64,000 nt of DNA from an uncultured Chloroflexia bacterium (lineage in GTDB: Bacteria; Chloroflexota; Chloroflexia; QHBQ01; JADMIH01). Below the pieces are notes generated by a model. The model made no database searches, was not told the origin of the DNA, and saw only the letters and a program-made list of their open reading frames with translations. Location of the stretch: positions 1 through 64,000 of the forward strand of contig CAWCNY010000003.1 of the NCBI GenBank assembly GCA_963797095.1, in the 5' to 3' direction. Made by a program: the position numbers and the translations under genes. Numbering within the stretch: position 1 is the stretch's first letter; each line of letters begins with the position of its first letter. Below, piece after piece: positions 42,866 to 53,889 of the stretch.

Positions 42866-42912
42866 ACATATGATGTTATGATGAGCATATCATAATCTGG
42901 AGTACTTGTCAA
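42866..42912 (-). promoter_or_regulatory. Sigma70-type promoter of the catabolic cluster with a candidate FadR operator
   Basis: Minus strand TTGACA (42912-42907), 17 nt, then TATGCT (42889-42884) preceded by TGn. Palindrome ACAT-ATG-ATGT and tandem TATGATG overlap the predicted +1. Confidence 0.6.
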
Positions 42913-43345
42913 TAGGTTCGTATTCGGTGGGCAGGGCTTTGTCAAAGTCGGGAGGGCGGGGAAAGAACAAGGTGCAAGGCGCGACAAACGTTGGCGTCAT
43001 AGTGGCGCAAGGCTCGGGCAATGCTGCTCCAGCCACTAACACGTCGAAGGCCCGTGAGTACCGATGAAACAAAATGTCAAGACCTCGAGAGAGATAATTC
43101 GAATCGAACCGTCTTTGGAGGGATAGGTTGCCCCACGGCTGGGCTATGCAGCCCGCTTACGACTTCATATTAGGGGTAAAGAGGTGTTTCTGCTAATGTA
43201 AAAGGGAGCCATTCGATGAAATCTTGACAGTCAAAAAGGGAGCCACTTAGCTCTCTCTTTGCTATCGTTGGGACAAGGCAAAGATGTTGCCTTTCGGTTA
43301 CTCGGCTAGACCGTTAGACCGCAAACGATACGATAGCAAAGAGAG

Positions 43346-45040
43346 GTGGAGATGATTACCGTGGAACAACACGAAGCCATCCGCCGCGCCTTCTACCTCG
43401 AACACAAGAGTGTCAGGCAGATCGCACGAGAACAAAGGCACTCCCGCAAGACTGTTGACAAAGCCATTGCCCAAGCCCAAGCCCAGGCTCAGGACCCATC
43501 CCAGTCCCAATTCTACCAACCGTACCCTTACCCAACTTACCGGCGCACCAAACCTAGACCCGCTCCGGTGTTCGGCTCTTTCCAGACCCGTGTCGACGAA
43601 CTCCTACAGCAAAACGACCGTCTCCCACGCAAACAACGCTACACCGCTCGCAAGATCTTTGAACTTTTGGTCAAGGAAGGCTACCAGGGTAGCGAGTCTC
43701 GCGTGCGATTGCACGTGAGCAGATATCGCAAAGCCCATCACGCACCACCCCTGTTCATACCACTAGAGTTCGAGCCTGGGAAGGACGCCCAGGTTGACTG
43801 GGGTGAAGCTGTTGCCGTCATCGGTGGCGAGCGCCAAACCGTGCAGTTGTTCATCATGCGTCTGAACTACTCAAGGCGATCCTTCGTGATGGCCTACCCC
43901 TCGCAGAAACAAGAAGCCTTCTTTGCCGGTCATGTGGCAGCTTTCCAGCACTTTGGTGGAGTTCCCCAACGTATCAGCTACGACAACCTGGCCTCGGCGG
44001 TGGATCCGGTTGCCTCTTTCAGCTCGGTGCGCCTCCTGATCGAAGGACGAGTACGACGAGAGCAGAGAGCATTCGTAGCCTTTCGTAGTCATTACCTGTT
44101 CGAGAGCCACTTCTGCACGCCTGGACAAGGGCATGAGAAGGGAGGTGTTGAACACAGCGTAGGGTTTAGCCGCCGCAACTTCCTGGTACCTATCCCAGAT
44201 GTGGCCTCATTTGAAGCATTGAACATCTTTCTTCTGAGCGAGTGCCTGCGAGATGATCAGCGCCGGGTTGCGCGCCAACCCACCACCATCAAAGAAGCCT
44301 GGGAGCAGGAGCTACCTCATCTGCGTCCTCTACCTTCCTACCAATATGAATGTTGCGTGACGAGCACGGCACATCTCACTCCATACAGCCAGGTGATCTT
44401 TGAGACCAATCGCTACTCGGTGCCCGTCGAGAGAGCAAGGCGAGAAGTGATCGTCAAGGCTTACCCTTTCCATGTGGACATATTCGACCCCAATCCCAAC
44501 CCCAATCCCAACGATGGCCAGCCACGTAATCAATCGCATGACCAGCCCGGCCGCTCCGGCCTACCAGGATTGCTTGCCCGTCATCCCCGCTGCTACGAGC
44601 GAGAGCAGGATATCTTCGAGCCACTGCATTACCTGCCTTTGCTCGCTCAGCGGCCAGGGGCATTCGATTATGCCAAACCATTGCGCCGGTGGCGAGCCAA
44701 ATGGCCACCTACATATGAGAAGGCGTTGGAACTGTTACGGGAGAAGTGGCCGGAAGGCAGAGGAGTGAAGGAGTTTGTCCGCATCTTGCAACTTCATCAG
44801 GATTATCCCGCTGTGCTTGTGGAGCGAGCAGTTGGGCAGGCTCTTTCGTATGGGTGTGTTCATTTTGATGGAGTTACCCATTGTTTGAGGCAACTCACCA
44901 CGCCTGAAACAGAGCTGACCATGCTTGCAGGTCTTGATCTGGTAGGGCTGGCCGATCACCCACACCTGCAAGCCATTGGCAAAATCGGCAGCCAGCCCAT
45001 CGACTTACGTCGTTATGAGCAACTGCTTCAAGGAGGATGA
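43346..45040 (+). CDS. istA: IS21 transposase IstA
   Basis: AQVDWG, FGGVP....YDN, EKG.VE..VG and NRYSVP. Confidence 0.92.
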   Translation: MEMITVEQHEAIRRAFYLEHKSVRQIAREQRHSRKTVDKAIAQAQAQAQDPSQSQFYQPYPYPTYRRTKPRPAPVFGSFQTRVDELLQQNDRLPRKQRYTARKIFELLVKEGYQGSESRVRLHVSRYRKAHHAPPLFIPLEFEPGKDAQVDWGEAVAVIGGERQTVQLFIMRLNYSRRSFVMAYPSQKQEAFFAGHVAAFQHFGGVPQRISYDNLASAVDPVASFSSVRLLIEGRVRREQRAFVAFRSHYLFESHFCTPGQGHEKGGVEHSVGFSRRNFLVPIPDVASFEALNIFLLSECLRDDQRRVARQPTTIKEAWEQELPHLRPLPSYQYECCVTSTAHLTPYSQVIFETNRYSVPVERARREVIVKAYPFHVDIFDPNPNPNPNDGQPRNQSHDQPGRSGLPGLLARHPRCYEREQDIFEPLHYLPLLAQRPGAFDYAKPLRRWRAKWPPTYEKALELLREKWPEGRGVKEFVRILQLHQDYPAVLVERAVGQALSYGCVHFDGVTHCLRQLTTPETELTMLAGLDLVGLADHPHLQAIGKIGSQPIDLRRYEQLLQGG

Positions 45041-45041
45041 A

Positions 45042-46151
45042 TTGGAGAAAGAGAGGGAGAGAACGGAGAGGACGCAGACCGTGAACACGGCGAATACGAA
45101 CACGGTAAAGCCAGCAAGGGCAGCAAGGGCGACAGAACATCACATGTTGCTGGAAAGCTATCTACGCCAGTTACGATTGCCCAGCTTCGTGCAACACTAC
45201 CAGAAGTTGGCTCAAGATGCCGCACAGACCAACCTCAGCTATGAACGTTTTCTGTTAGCTCTGGCTGAAGGAGAGGTAGGCCAACGAGAAGTGCATCGAG
45301 TGGAACGCTCTATCGCCTCCGCCAAATTCCCGGTGCTCAAAGAGCTTGCTGACTTCGATTTCAGTGTCGTGCAGGGTTTAGCCAAGACGAGGGTACTTGA
45401 ACTGGCTCAGGGTGGGTACATTCAGAGGGCAGAGCCGATCCTTTTGGTTGGCAATCCAGGGCTTGGCAAGACCCATATTGCCACAAGTCTTGCCCTTGCG
45501 GCTTGCCGTCAGGGCCATCATGTGCGCTTCTACAACGTAGCAGGCTTAATCAATGATATGATCCAGGCACAACAGGAGCTGCGATTGTCCCGTTTCATGA
45601 CACAGATGTGCAAGCAGCAGGTGATTGTGCTGGACGAGCTAGGCTTCATACCATTTACAGCGGCGGGTGCGCAGTTGCTCTTCCAGTTCTGTTCGACCCT
45701 TTACGAGAGAGTGGCAATCATCATAACTACGAACCTGCGATTTGGAGATTGGAACAGTGTGTTAGGAGATGAGCGAATGACGGCTGCACTTTTGGACCGG
45801 CTCACGCACAAAGCACACATTCTGGAGTTTGTTGGAGAGTCGTTTCGTTTTCGCCAGCGTCTTCAACAGCAACAGGTGCAGGGGCAGGGGCAGGGGCGAA
45901 GTGAAAGAACAGGTGATGGTGCGAACGGGAATTTCGGGTACGGTTCTATTCAGAGTCTGGAGAGCCGAGAGATGGAAGGAGGGGAGGAAGACGAGGGGGC
46001 AGAAGCGGGGAGATCGGGGAGAGCGGGGAGAGCGGGGAGAGCGGGGAGACAGAGGAAGCAGAACCGGCGCAAATGGCAAGCATCGCTGATCGGCCTTAGT
46101 TTTTTCGCAAAATTGACCTCAAAATGGCCGAAATTAAGTCATGACCTCTAA
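45042..46151 (+). CDS. istB: IS21 helper ATPase IstB with low-complexity C-terminal extension
   Basis: GNPGLGKTH, LDELGF, TTNL.F..W and LDRLTH. Start uncertain (TTG at 45042 or a later ATG). Confidence 0.9.
   Translation: MEKERERTERTQTVNTANTNTVKPARAARATEHHMLLESYLRQLRLPSFVQHYQKLAQDAAQTNLSYERFLLALAEGEVGQREVHRVERSIASAKFPVLKELADFDFSVVQGLAKTRVLELAQGGYIQRAEPILLVGNPGLGKTHIATSLALAACRQGHHVRFYNVAGLINDMIQAQQELRLSRFMTQMCKQQVIVLDELGFIPFTAAGAQLLFQFCSTLYERVAIIITTNLRFGDWNSVLGDERMTAALLDRLTHKAHILEFVGESFRFRQRLQQQQVQGQGQGRSERTGDGANGNFGYGSIQSLESREMEGGEEDEGAEAGRSGRAGRAGRAGRQRKQNRRKWQASLIGLSFFAKLTSKWPKLSHDL
46005..46049 (+). repeat. 9-bp tandem repeat (GCGGGGAGA)x5, one unit variant
   Basis: Seen directly; encodes AGR repeats in the IstB tail. 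Confidence 0.95.
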
Positions 46152-46464
46152 CTCCAGCTCTAACCCAAGCGCACTCCCAGCTAGCGAACCTGCCGTCGAA
46201 CCGCCCTCGAAGGTGGTAACGACCTGCCGGGGCTACACACGAACCCTCCACGCTCAACTCGTTTCGTTCCGTTGCGAGTGGTGCAGCGAGGAGCGAGAGG
46301 TGTGGCAGTATCCAGGGGCAGCTCCGCGTTACTGCGATGGTTGCCGAAGGGAAGCCCAAAGGGCGATGAACACGGCGCGCCAGCGGGAGAAGCGCAAGCG
46401 AGACACTAGCCCCTACGGATGGCGACCACGGGTAGGACGGCCTCGCAAGCCTTGGAATCGGTGA
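46141..46464 (+). CDS. Small Zn-ribbon-like hypothetical protein (IS21 passenger)
   Basis: CEWC...PRYCDGC and a basic tail ending GRPRK. Overlaps the istB stop. Confidence 0.55.
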   Translation: MTSNSSSNPSALPASEPAVEPPSKVVTTCRGYTRTLHAQLVSFRCEWCSEEREVWQYPGAAPRYCDGCRREAQRAMNTARQREKRKRDTSPYGWRPRVGRPRKPWNR

Positions 46465-46566
46465 ACTGAGCGTATCCTAATTGGCACACCGAGCCTTATT
46501 GCGTCTGGGTAAATGAGCAGGATGGTCCCTGTGCCTACTCTTCCGATGCCAAATGGCTATAACCAT

Positions 46567-47103
46567 TCACTGTGATATCTCTAGCTTCAATATCACCGGA
46601 TCCGAGGGATCGCCGTCTATGTGGGCATACCAAATCTTGACTTGTAGCCCCTCTTTCATTGGCCCCCCAAGTGTACTTACATGGTGAAAGCCAAGGCTCT
46701 CGCTGTATTCGGAGTAACTAAACTGGACCCCTTGCACCCTAAAGCTCTCGGCCTTGCCACTGGCCGTACTGGTTAGGTCTATTACTTGCCCCTCAGCAAC
46801 CTGTGCCTGATTAGTGGCGAGCAAATCGCTGCCAGTATGATATGCGGAAAGCGTCGACGCAAAGAGGAAGATCGCAACGCACAAACCAGCACAGATCAGG
46901 GTTACAGATCCAGATATCCTTATGGCACTAGGTACCTTGGGTATGCGGCTGCGATTGACCAATATTCCAACACCGACGAACGCAACCGCCAGAGGGATTA
47001 TTACAACCCACCATGCAAACGATTGTTGCGAAGCGTCAAAGACCGTTCGATAAGCCACGACCGTGCTGCGGTCCATGTTGTTCCAAATGTCGACTAGAGT
47101 CAT
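46567..47103 (-). CDS. Two-TM membrane protein (IS21 passenger)
   Basis: Two hydrophobic helices then a soluble beta domain (ESF.V.GV.FSYS). Confidence 0.65.
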   Translation of the reverse strand: MTLVDIWNNMDRSTVVAYRTVFDASQQSFAWWVVIIPLAVAFVGVGILVNRSRIPKVPSAIRISGSVTLICAGLCVAIFLFASTLSAYHTGSDLLATNQAQVAEGQVIDLTSTASGKAESFRVQGVQFSYSEYSESLGFHHVSTLGGPMKEGLQVKIWYAHIDGDPSDPVILKLEISQ

Positions 47104-47256
47104 GTCCGTGATGTCCCCACTAGACTTGCGATTTCCGTGTGGCCCCCTTTTCGATTATCAAATGGCTCCCTTTTTAATTATCAATATTTTCGTCGGGGAG
47201 GAGAAGTGGCTCCCTTTTTGGTTATCAAATGGCTCCCTTTTCTATTGACAAAAACA

Positions 47257-48335
47257 GCGTAGGAAGTACGAGTGGAACACAGAATACCCAAGTAGCTGCT
47301 ATGAACGTGCCCCAACAGGTAGGGCCAACAACGTCCGCGTTAGTGGGACCCAAGTTTGAGGCCACAAAACAGGCAATCCTTGACAACGACCAGAGGCGCA
47401 TGGATGCAGCAAAGACTCAGGTGGCCCAAAATACCCTGAACGATGTACCTACCCGAGTGCGTACTCCTCTGCCAACACCCAAGCCAAGGGATACCCCTGG
47501 CCCCGGGTTAGGAGAGTGTGCGGGAGGCGATAAGGTCTTCTCACTCAGCGGATGTTGGGGCGGTAGGCTCAATGATGAGTTCATCTATATCAATTCAGGA
47601 GCCCAATATAGCGACCGTTCGCAAGGCGCTATTCAAGTCTATACAACAACATTGTCTGGGAGGATAAAGTTGCCCATCATTACGTATAACTCTCCGCAGA
47701 AGGAGGGACCCCTCAAGATCGCTTATGTTTACATGCCTCGTGTGGCACTGATTGCTCCTCATGCGGATCGACCTACGACAATGTTTGTATTCAATCTACA
47801 GACAAGAGAATGGGAAACGGCAACAGAAAACCCTTGTCGGATATATCCTTTGGCATTTAGTGCTGAGACGTTCGATAAATTCCCTGTTGGGGAAATGAAG
47901 AAACAGGTGCCGCTCAATACTGCTGTTGGGGGCGGGAAGACAAATTCAGGAACAGCTGCCGCCAGTTTTGCCTGGCTAAGCTTTACACCCGATACCTCTG
48001 GCAGGAATAACAATCCAGGCCTGCCCGCTCCCGGCGGAAGTGGCACCTTCATGAATCCTGATAACCCGAATGATCACATTCTATCAACAGGCGACTGGAT
48101 ACAAGGGCGGCAGACCATAGGCGCTGATTCGTCTACAAGAAGCGCCTTCGATTTCTTGGAGGCGGGTGGATTCATCATACCGATGCCACTCTGGGATAGG
48201 GTTAGAGGCCAAGGCACGAACTTACAATACCATGTATCCGGGTTTGCATGGGTCTACATGGCGGATCATTCCGCCTTCCCACCGACCGACCTCTCGGTAA
48301 TGTACTGGGGGCAAGCTACATGCTTCGGCAAGTAA
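47257..48335 (+). pseudogene. Exported protein fragment with Tad/TadG-like C-terminal region, N-terminus removed at the IS21 end
   Basis: The computed ORF starts inside the IR. PTPKP linker and C-terminal P.WD...G.G.N..YHV.GFA. Confidence 0.5.
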
Positions 48336-48553
48336 GAGCTAGACGTAGCAGCGAGCCACTTCTCCGTAATATCCTAAACTTGATCTTGCAAAGAGCAGTT
48401 TCCAATCCCGCCGTGCCTGTCAGATAACTTCTCATTCCTTGACATTGATTGACTGGTCAAATCCTGGCTACATCTATGTCCTATTTTCGCTCGTATCATG
48501 TTCATGGGCCTAATGCACTCGTATACAAAGCCAATAGACCAGTCTTCCCGTAG

Positions 48554-51500
48554 CTACGTCACGTTCCCATAGCTCACGAAATCGAGTGTCACAAGCGACT
48601 CACCTAAGCGGTGGCTATAACCGGTACCCACGACGTCAAGCTGTCTGCCATCCGCTAGCTGTAGACTGAGGGGTCTCTCACCTGGATCAGGAAAGTAGCT
48701 GTTAATCACAGCAGTACCATGCCAGGTGTGGCGCCGGAGATCAAACTCATCTACTTCGAGTGAAAGCACGTAACTTGCACCATATTGACTACCGTCAGCA
48801 AGAGTAAGGAATCCGGCTCCTTGCTCTATCTTACCCTCAAGGGAAGCCCATGGTTCCGGCCATTTCTCGGTGGCTTTTTTCCAGTTGTCCTTCAGATCGT
48901 CAATGGTTTGTCGCAGCCATTGACGAACATGTATCGGCCGCTCGGGCCTTAGTGCTTGTTGGAGTTGGTCGATTGTGCTGTCATCTCCCAAGTGAGCCAG
49001 AGCGCGGGCGTAACGCCAATTAGCAAGAACCGCCTCGTTGGTGCCTACACGAAGCAATCGATTGAGGTAGTTGGCTGCCCACGTCCGCTTACGACGCTCT
49101 TTTTTCGCAAGTGCAGCAGCGTCCCGCACCCTTGCGTCTCTATCGGTTGTGAGCTGCCTTTCGAGCGTGGGGACTAGAACTCATTGCGCGCAAGCCATCC
49201 ATATGCTTCAGCTGCCCGCTGGCGCCGCTGAACATCAGCCGAGCGGATGTATACATGGCACACCTCCGCCAGATCCTCAGATGAGAGTCGCAACAGAGCC
49301 CGATAAGCTGATCGGCGCACTGCATACTGGCTGTCACCAGCCAGCATCAGTAAGTGCCTAGTTGCTTTCTCTTTGACCAGTCTAGAGCTGTAAACGGCTT
49401 CCCCTAAGGCATCAGCAAGAGCAGCCCTGGAGTCGGGTATCCAATTGCTAACTTCGGTACTCCAGTCTTCTGACGCTAAGTCATCGGGCAGGATTCGGGC
49501 TAGCAGATCGAATATGCTCGTGTCAGCCATGCCGGCTCCCTGACGTATGCGAGTCTGTGCTAAGATGGCGGCCCGCAGTCTATCCGATACAGGAGGTTTA
49601 TCTGCCCCCGAGTGAGCGAATGCTATCGCCGACAAAAGTTCCCGAGCCTTGAACCATTCCCGCGGGCCGTAACTTTCTAACAGATATACGATCACATCTT
49701 GAAGACCATAGGGATCTAGGGTGTAAAGGAGACCAACTAGTCGGGACCACTCTTCAAATCGAGGGGGATTTGAGACGAGCCGATAGCCCTCTTCTGTTCG
49801 CTCCAGCCCAAGCGCATTTCGAAGGAGTTCGTCCCTACCCTCAAGGAGATGCTTGTGGGCCAGTAATCCAAGAGATCTTCTGCCGAGATCTGTCTGTGGC
49901 TCGGCTGCCCAACCTTGTATCCGATTCACAACTCGCTCGCTAGGCTTGTAGCCAGAAACGTAGCCAAGAATAGCGACAACAGTGCTAAGCTCATATTCGG
50001 GGACGCTCTCGTGGAAAAGCAAGGCTTCCAACTCAAGAAAACCATCGCCCGTAAGCAGGTCATCGAGACTCAGTCGCTCAAGGGCACCAATGGCCGCAGT
50101 ACGATGCCTCGGCGCAGGTGGGTCACAGGCGACCTCAACAAGTCTTTGCTCAATTGTTCTATCACCTGTCCGGATCAGAGATGCGGCCACATCAGCCAAC
50201 GCATCCGCCGAGTCTCGCAGTACCTGCCCATCAACTTCCAGACCGAAGTTCAGAAGGGTCTCGAACGAGTCCCGGCTCTCGGCGCTGGCCATAACCTGCA
50301 TGGCTGAGATTCGCAGGGTGAGTTGGGCATCGCGCTGGATCCCTTCCAATTGCTTGTCAGTATCTAGATGCTCCCGCACCCACCGCGTAAGGGTATCAGG
50401 TATAGGATCCAAGCGGAAACAAGCGAGGCGGTCGAGTATCTTTGCCTGATCAAAGGGGCTCGTTTCGTTCTCCACACCCGATCTGAACCACTCGAGACTG
50501 AGCGCCTCTTGAGATCCAGCCGTGAGGGCAATCTCCCAGGCAGCTTCCTTTTGGAATGCTTCCTCGGTATGTGCAAGGACAAGAATCTTAGTGTCTAAGA
50601 AAGCATCTTCTCGGACAAGTGTGAGAGCAGCGGGCGGTAAGCCTTGACCCCAGCCCTTTAGCTGAAGAGGACGGATAGAGTCAATTAGTCGAGAGTAGAG
50701 CAAGTAGCGAAGCCTCATATTCGTGCTAGTGTCCGAGCCAGTAAGCCATTGAAGGACATCAGGGACTACTCGCTGAGAATTGCACAGAGGTATCACATCA
50801 CTGCCCAAATAGAGGTCCAATTCGTACTCTTCCGACTGCCCGCGCCACAATTCCGCCAGTCGCGACCAGATTGTGTCTTGAAGTGTCTTCTGTCGATCGT
50901 GCTTGTCCGCTACAGAGGTTAGTATCCGTAGTGCATACGATCGGTCAAAACGTTCTATTCCCTTAACCACCGCATCAGACGAGAGCCAACTTTGATAGAC
51001 CACATCCAAGCTCGCTGGACTTCCAAGTAAGCGCAGGGCTTGGTTCAGCGGGAGACTCCAGTGATCTCTGGTCCTTGTGTGTAGAGAGCGTAACAGCCAG
51101 GGATGAGCCCTGGTGGAGGTGCCAAGGTCAGCCAACGCCAGCAGGGCCAGGTCCCCTAGCTCATCCGGATTTTTGCGGGCAATAGAGCGAAGAACAGCTG
51201 GTAGGTCCTCGCGACGATAGCCGATTTGGATGATTGTCCAGATGGCATTTCGTGGATCTGAAGAGGCAACCCGTTGGATCAACTCATCGAGAACGTGGTT
51301 GCGAAGGCTGGTTCGCTCAGGCTCCTGGTACTGTTCTATCCACTTGACCAGGTCCTCCCGAAGGTAATGTAGGAAGTGCCGTTGGCCCACGGGAAGATCA
51401 CGCTGCTCCAGCTCCGGAAGCATGGCGTCCAAAATGAACGACTGTGCAGCCGCAGGGTCGTCCACTGTTGCATCCCTGAGCATGCGGAAGCTGTCAATCA

Positions 51501-51651
51501 GAAGGTAGAACGCATCACGAGCTATTCTCTCATCCTGGTCCCTCATCAATGCCCTTACAGAAGGCAGCAAATCCTTGATCTGCTCAGGGCTGCTACTGCT
51601 GCTGTTCAGCACGGACCTGAGTTCTGCGTATATTCTAGGGCTATCTTTCAT
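48554..51651 (-). CDS. Large HEAT/ARM-repeat protein (about 1030 aa) with an apparent frameshift near 49180
   Basis: Helical repeats such as LAGDSQYAVRRSAY. The frame of ORF 48554-49129 extends upstream as LTTDRDARVRDAA up to the stop region of ORF 49174-51651. Confidence 0.65.
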
Positions 51652-51656
51652 AATTA

Positions 51657-53591
51657 CTATTCTCTATCGGGCTGATATAGTGACGCAAGATAATCTTCGA
51701 CAAAGATATGCCGCCAACGCCAGTTCTGCCCTTCGACCGAAATAAGGCCAGCGGACTGCGCCTCATTATAGAGACGATTCGCTTGTGCAGGGCCTATTTG
51801 GGCTGCGGCGTGCTCCCGCCAGAGAGCGGAAGGGTATCTGGTTGGGTTCTGTCCGTGCGTGGCATGGGCGATCTGGGGGAGCACGTGTCTTAGGTCGTTC
51901 GAGTTGAAAGGATTGGCATGTGTGCTCGACGTGGCTTTGTCATTAAACCAATCCACAAAGAAGCTACACATGTCATTCAGAGCGTCTGGATCGCCATCCA
52001 GGATACGATGCTGGACGTGAGTCTCACGAACAAGCGTAAACGCATGCCACATGGCTGGATGACAGAGAGCATTAAGGATATCAGGATGCACACTAGGCAC
52101 ATGAGGCTTATTCTCAAACCTCACAGTGGCCGTGACGCTACTGGAGGCGTCGCCCCCAGCAGTAGCAGACGATACAGTCTGCTTGATGCGAGCGGCGACA
52201 GCCGCGTCACAGGAGTCGGCAGCCAATGCTAGGTCCAGAGGCGAAAAATCACCTACGTCAATTATCTCCAGGCGCCTGTGGGAATCAGAGGGATGTTCCG
52301 CGCGCCCTGGCCAGGAGGCAATGACTGTCTCTTCACTACCAGGGCGACAGGTCGCAAGCAAAGCAACAGGTGTGGTCAATGAGTCATTTGGAGAGGCCGA
52401 GGCTTCGGCCCACGACCAGTGAAGAAGGCTTCGGAGTTCGCTTATCTGCTGAGGGTGCAGCGTATCGGAAGCGACATCATCAAGGCCGAGAGACATCATC
52501 GGATTCGGCATGGTGGGATTCGCCCTACGAAGTCGCAAGCACGCCTCGTTATTGCCCTCGTACCGCCGAGGATGAGAGGCACTAAGATGTGCTGCATCGG
52601 AAATAACTCTCGCGGGAAGATAAGGCCCAAATTCATCGGTGGGAATGACAGCGACTAGAGGACCTAAACCAGAGTGGGGGTAAGAATTGGCAATCTCTCG
52701 TCCCCACTGCCATAGCACTACCGTCTTACCACTCCCACCATGACCGCGAAGTATAATCACGCATGTGCCTCTAGCCCGGATCGCTCGGGTAATATCATCT
52801 AGGACTGAGCGCCTCACGGGCGAGGGAGGCACACGAAGCACTGACTTAATGGCATCGAGTTGCCTGCATGAAGACGTAGCTTGCGCCTCTGGCGTCAACT
52901 GCTGAGCGCCTCTATCGTTCGCAAACGCCAGATGCAGATCCTCGATCCGAACTAATGGGTCGCTAGCAGTGGCAGCCCGATCCACGAGACTACCAAGGAG
53001 GGTATGTATACCTGCAGCTATCTCTGGGTCGGAGCATCCAAGCCGCACAGCATACTCTTTCAAGGCGTCCTTCCAAGATCCAATTGACGGGCTTCCTACT
53101 TCGCTTCGTGGTAACTTACTGGCGACGCGCTTCTGGTCCGACGTAAGATTTGAGGCTTCAATATTGGCTAGTATATTTCGCGTCTGAAGGCTGTATGAGC
53201 GGTTTGTGACAATTAGATAGCGGGTTTGGTCACTATCGAAGCATCCGATGCGTCTGGCTCTGTCACGCATCTTGTTGAGGATCCGCTTGAACTCAGCAGG
53301 CTCAAGCGGCGAATCGGAAGGGGATCTTGAGAACTTATACTGGATGAGTACCCATTCGGAAGGAGCATTTTCCTGGGGAAGTTCGACTACTGCATCCTCA
53401 TCAAAGTACTCACTATAGAGCCTGTTGCTGAGGTCCTGAACGAGCGGGATAAGTTCAGCCAGGCGTCCGAGAAGGGTCGCGTCGGGCCGAGCGTCCTGGG
53501 CAAGGGCCTGAGTGCCTAATACTCCAAGGAACTGATACACATAGCCGGCGAGAGCTGTGCGGCCACCATCTCTTGTTGAAGCGTCGGTCAT
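51657..53591 (-). CDS. Cap4-like PD-(D/E)XK nuclease fused to a NACHT/STAND-like NTPase
   Basis: GG..AL.GY.YQ start, ED...IQYK, Walker A GHGGSGKT, Walker B LGLDD, ATCR sensor and terminal winged-helix WRH.FVEDYLA. Confidence 0.7.
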   Translation of the reverse strand: MTDASTRDGGRTALAGYVYQFLGVLGTQALAQDARPDATLLGRLAELIPLVQDLSNRLYSEYFDEDAVVELPQENAPSEWVLIQYKFSRSPSDSPLEPAEFKRILNKMRDRARRIGCFDSDQTRYLIVTNRSYSLQTRNILANIEASNLTSDQKRVASKLPRSEVGSPSIGSWKDALKEYAVRLGCSDPEIAAGIHTLLGSLVDRAATASDPLVRIEDLHLAFANDRGAQQLTPEAQATSSCRQLDAIKSVLRVPPSPVRRSVLDDITRAIRARGTCVIILRGHGGSGKTVVLWQWGREIANSYPHSGLGPLVAVIPTDEFGPYLPARVISDAAHLSASHPRRYEGNNEACLRLRRANPTMPNPMMSLGLDDVASDTLHPQQISELRSLLHWSWAEASASPNDSLTTPVALLATCRPGSEETVIASWPGRAEHPSDSHRRLEIIDVGDFSPLDLALAADSCDAAVAARIKQTVSSATAGGDASSSVTATVRFENKPHVPSVHPDILNALCHPAMWHAFTLVRETHVQHRILDGDPDALNDMCSFFVDWFNDKATSSTHANPFNSNDLRHVLPQIAHATHGQNPTRYPSALWREHAAAQIGPAQANRLYNEAQSAGLISVEGQNWRWRHIFVEDYLASLYQPDRE

Positions 53592-53889
53592 AAGGTGGAT
53601 TAGGTCTCCTTATCCAGGGGCGAGGTTACTTAATCGAATCACACCGGCGCCTGTTGCACAGTGCAACGCGCTAAAGCTTCTTTGTTATCAAGCGTCATCG
53701 GATGAGTCTATATAGGCGACCACTTGGTATTCACCAAGTCCCCTGTAAACGCCTTGGGTAGCAACGCTAAGATTAGACATTCTGGTTGCTGTTCTACGTT
53801 CCAATGCTATTCCTCAAAATGTGCTGTTGCTGAAACCTCGGTCTCGCGATCACGGCAGGACGAAAGTCGCGCTTGGGAACTCTTGCGGC

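Larger units (their letters stand above)
43185..47256 (+). mobile_element. IS21 family element (4072 bp) carrying two passenger genes
   Basis: IRs TGTTTCTGCTAATGTAAAAGGGAGCCA / TGTTTTTGTCAATAGAAAAGGGAGCCA with repeated AAAAGGGAGCCA boxes (2 left, 3 right). No TSD. Confidence 0.85.

Noticed and set aside
42593-42877. Riboswitch or T-box in the long leader
   Set aside because: No recognisable aptamer consensus or terminator/antiterminator seen.
48439-48461. TTGACA plus TTGAC-TG-GTCAA palindrome as a TetR-type promoter/operator
   Set aside because: It lies between convergent gene ends with no gene to drive; short and possibly chance.
51652-51659. Junction between the NACHT and HEAT genes as a sequencing-error split
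   Set aside because: Tandem stops TAG TAA plus a frame change and an immediate ATG would need several errors, and the site is not in a GANTC context.
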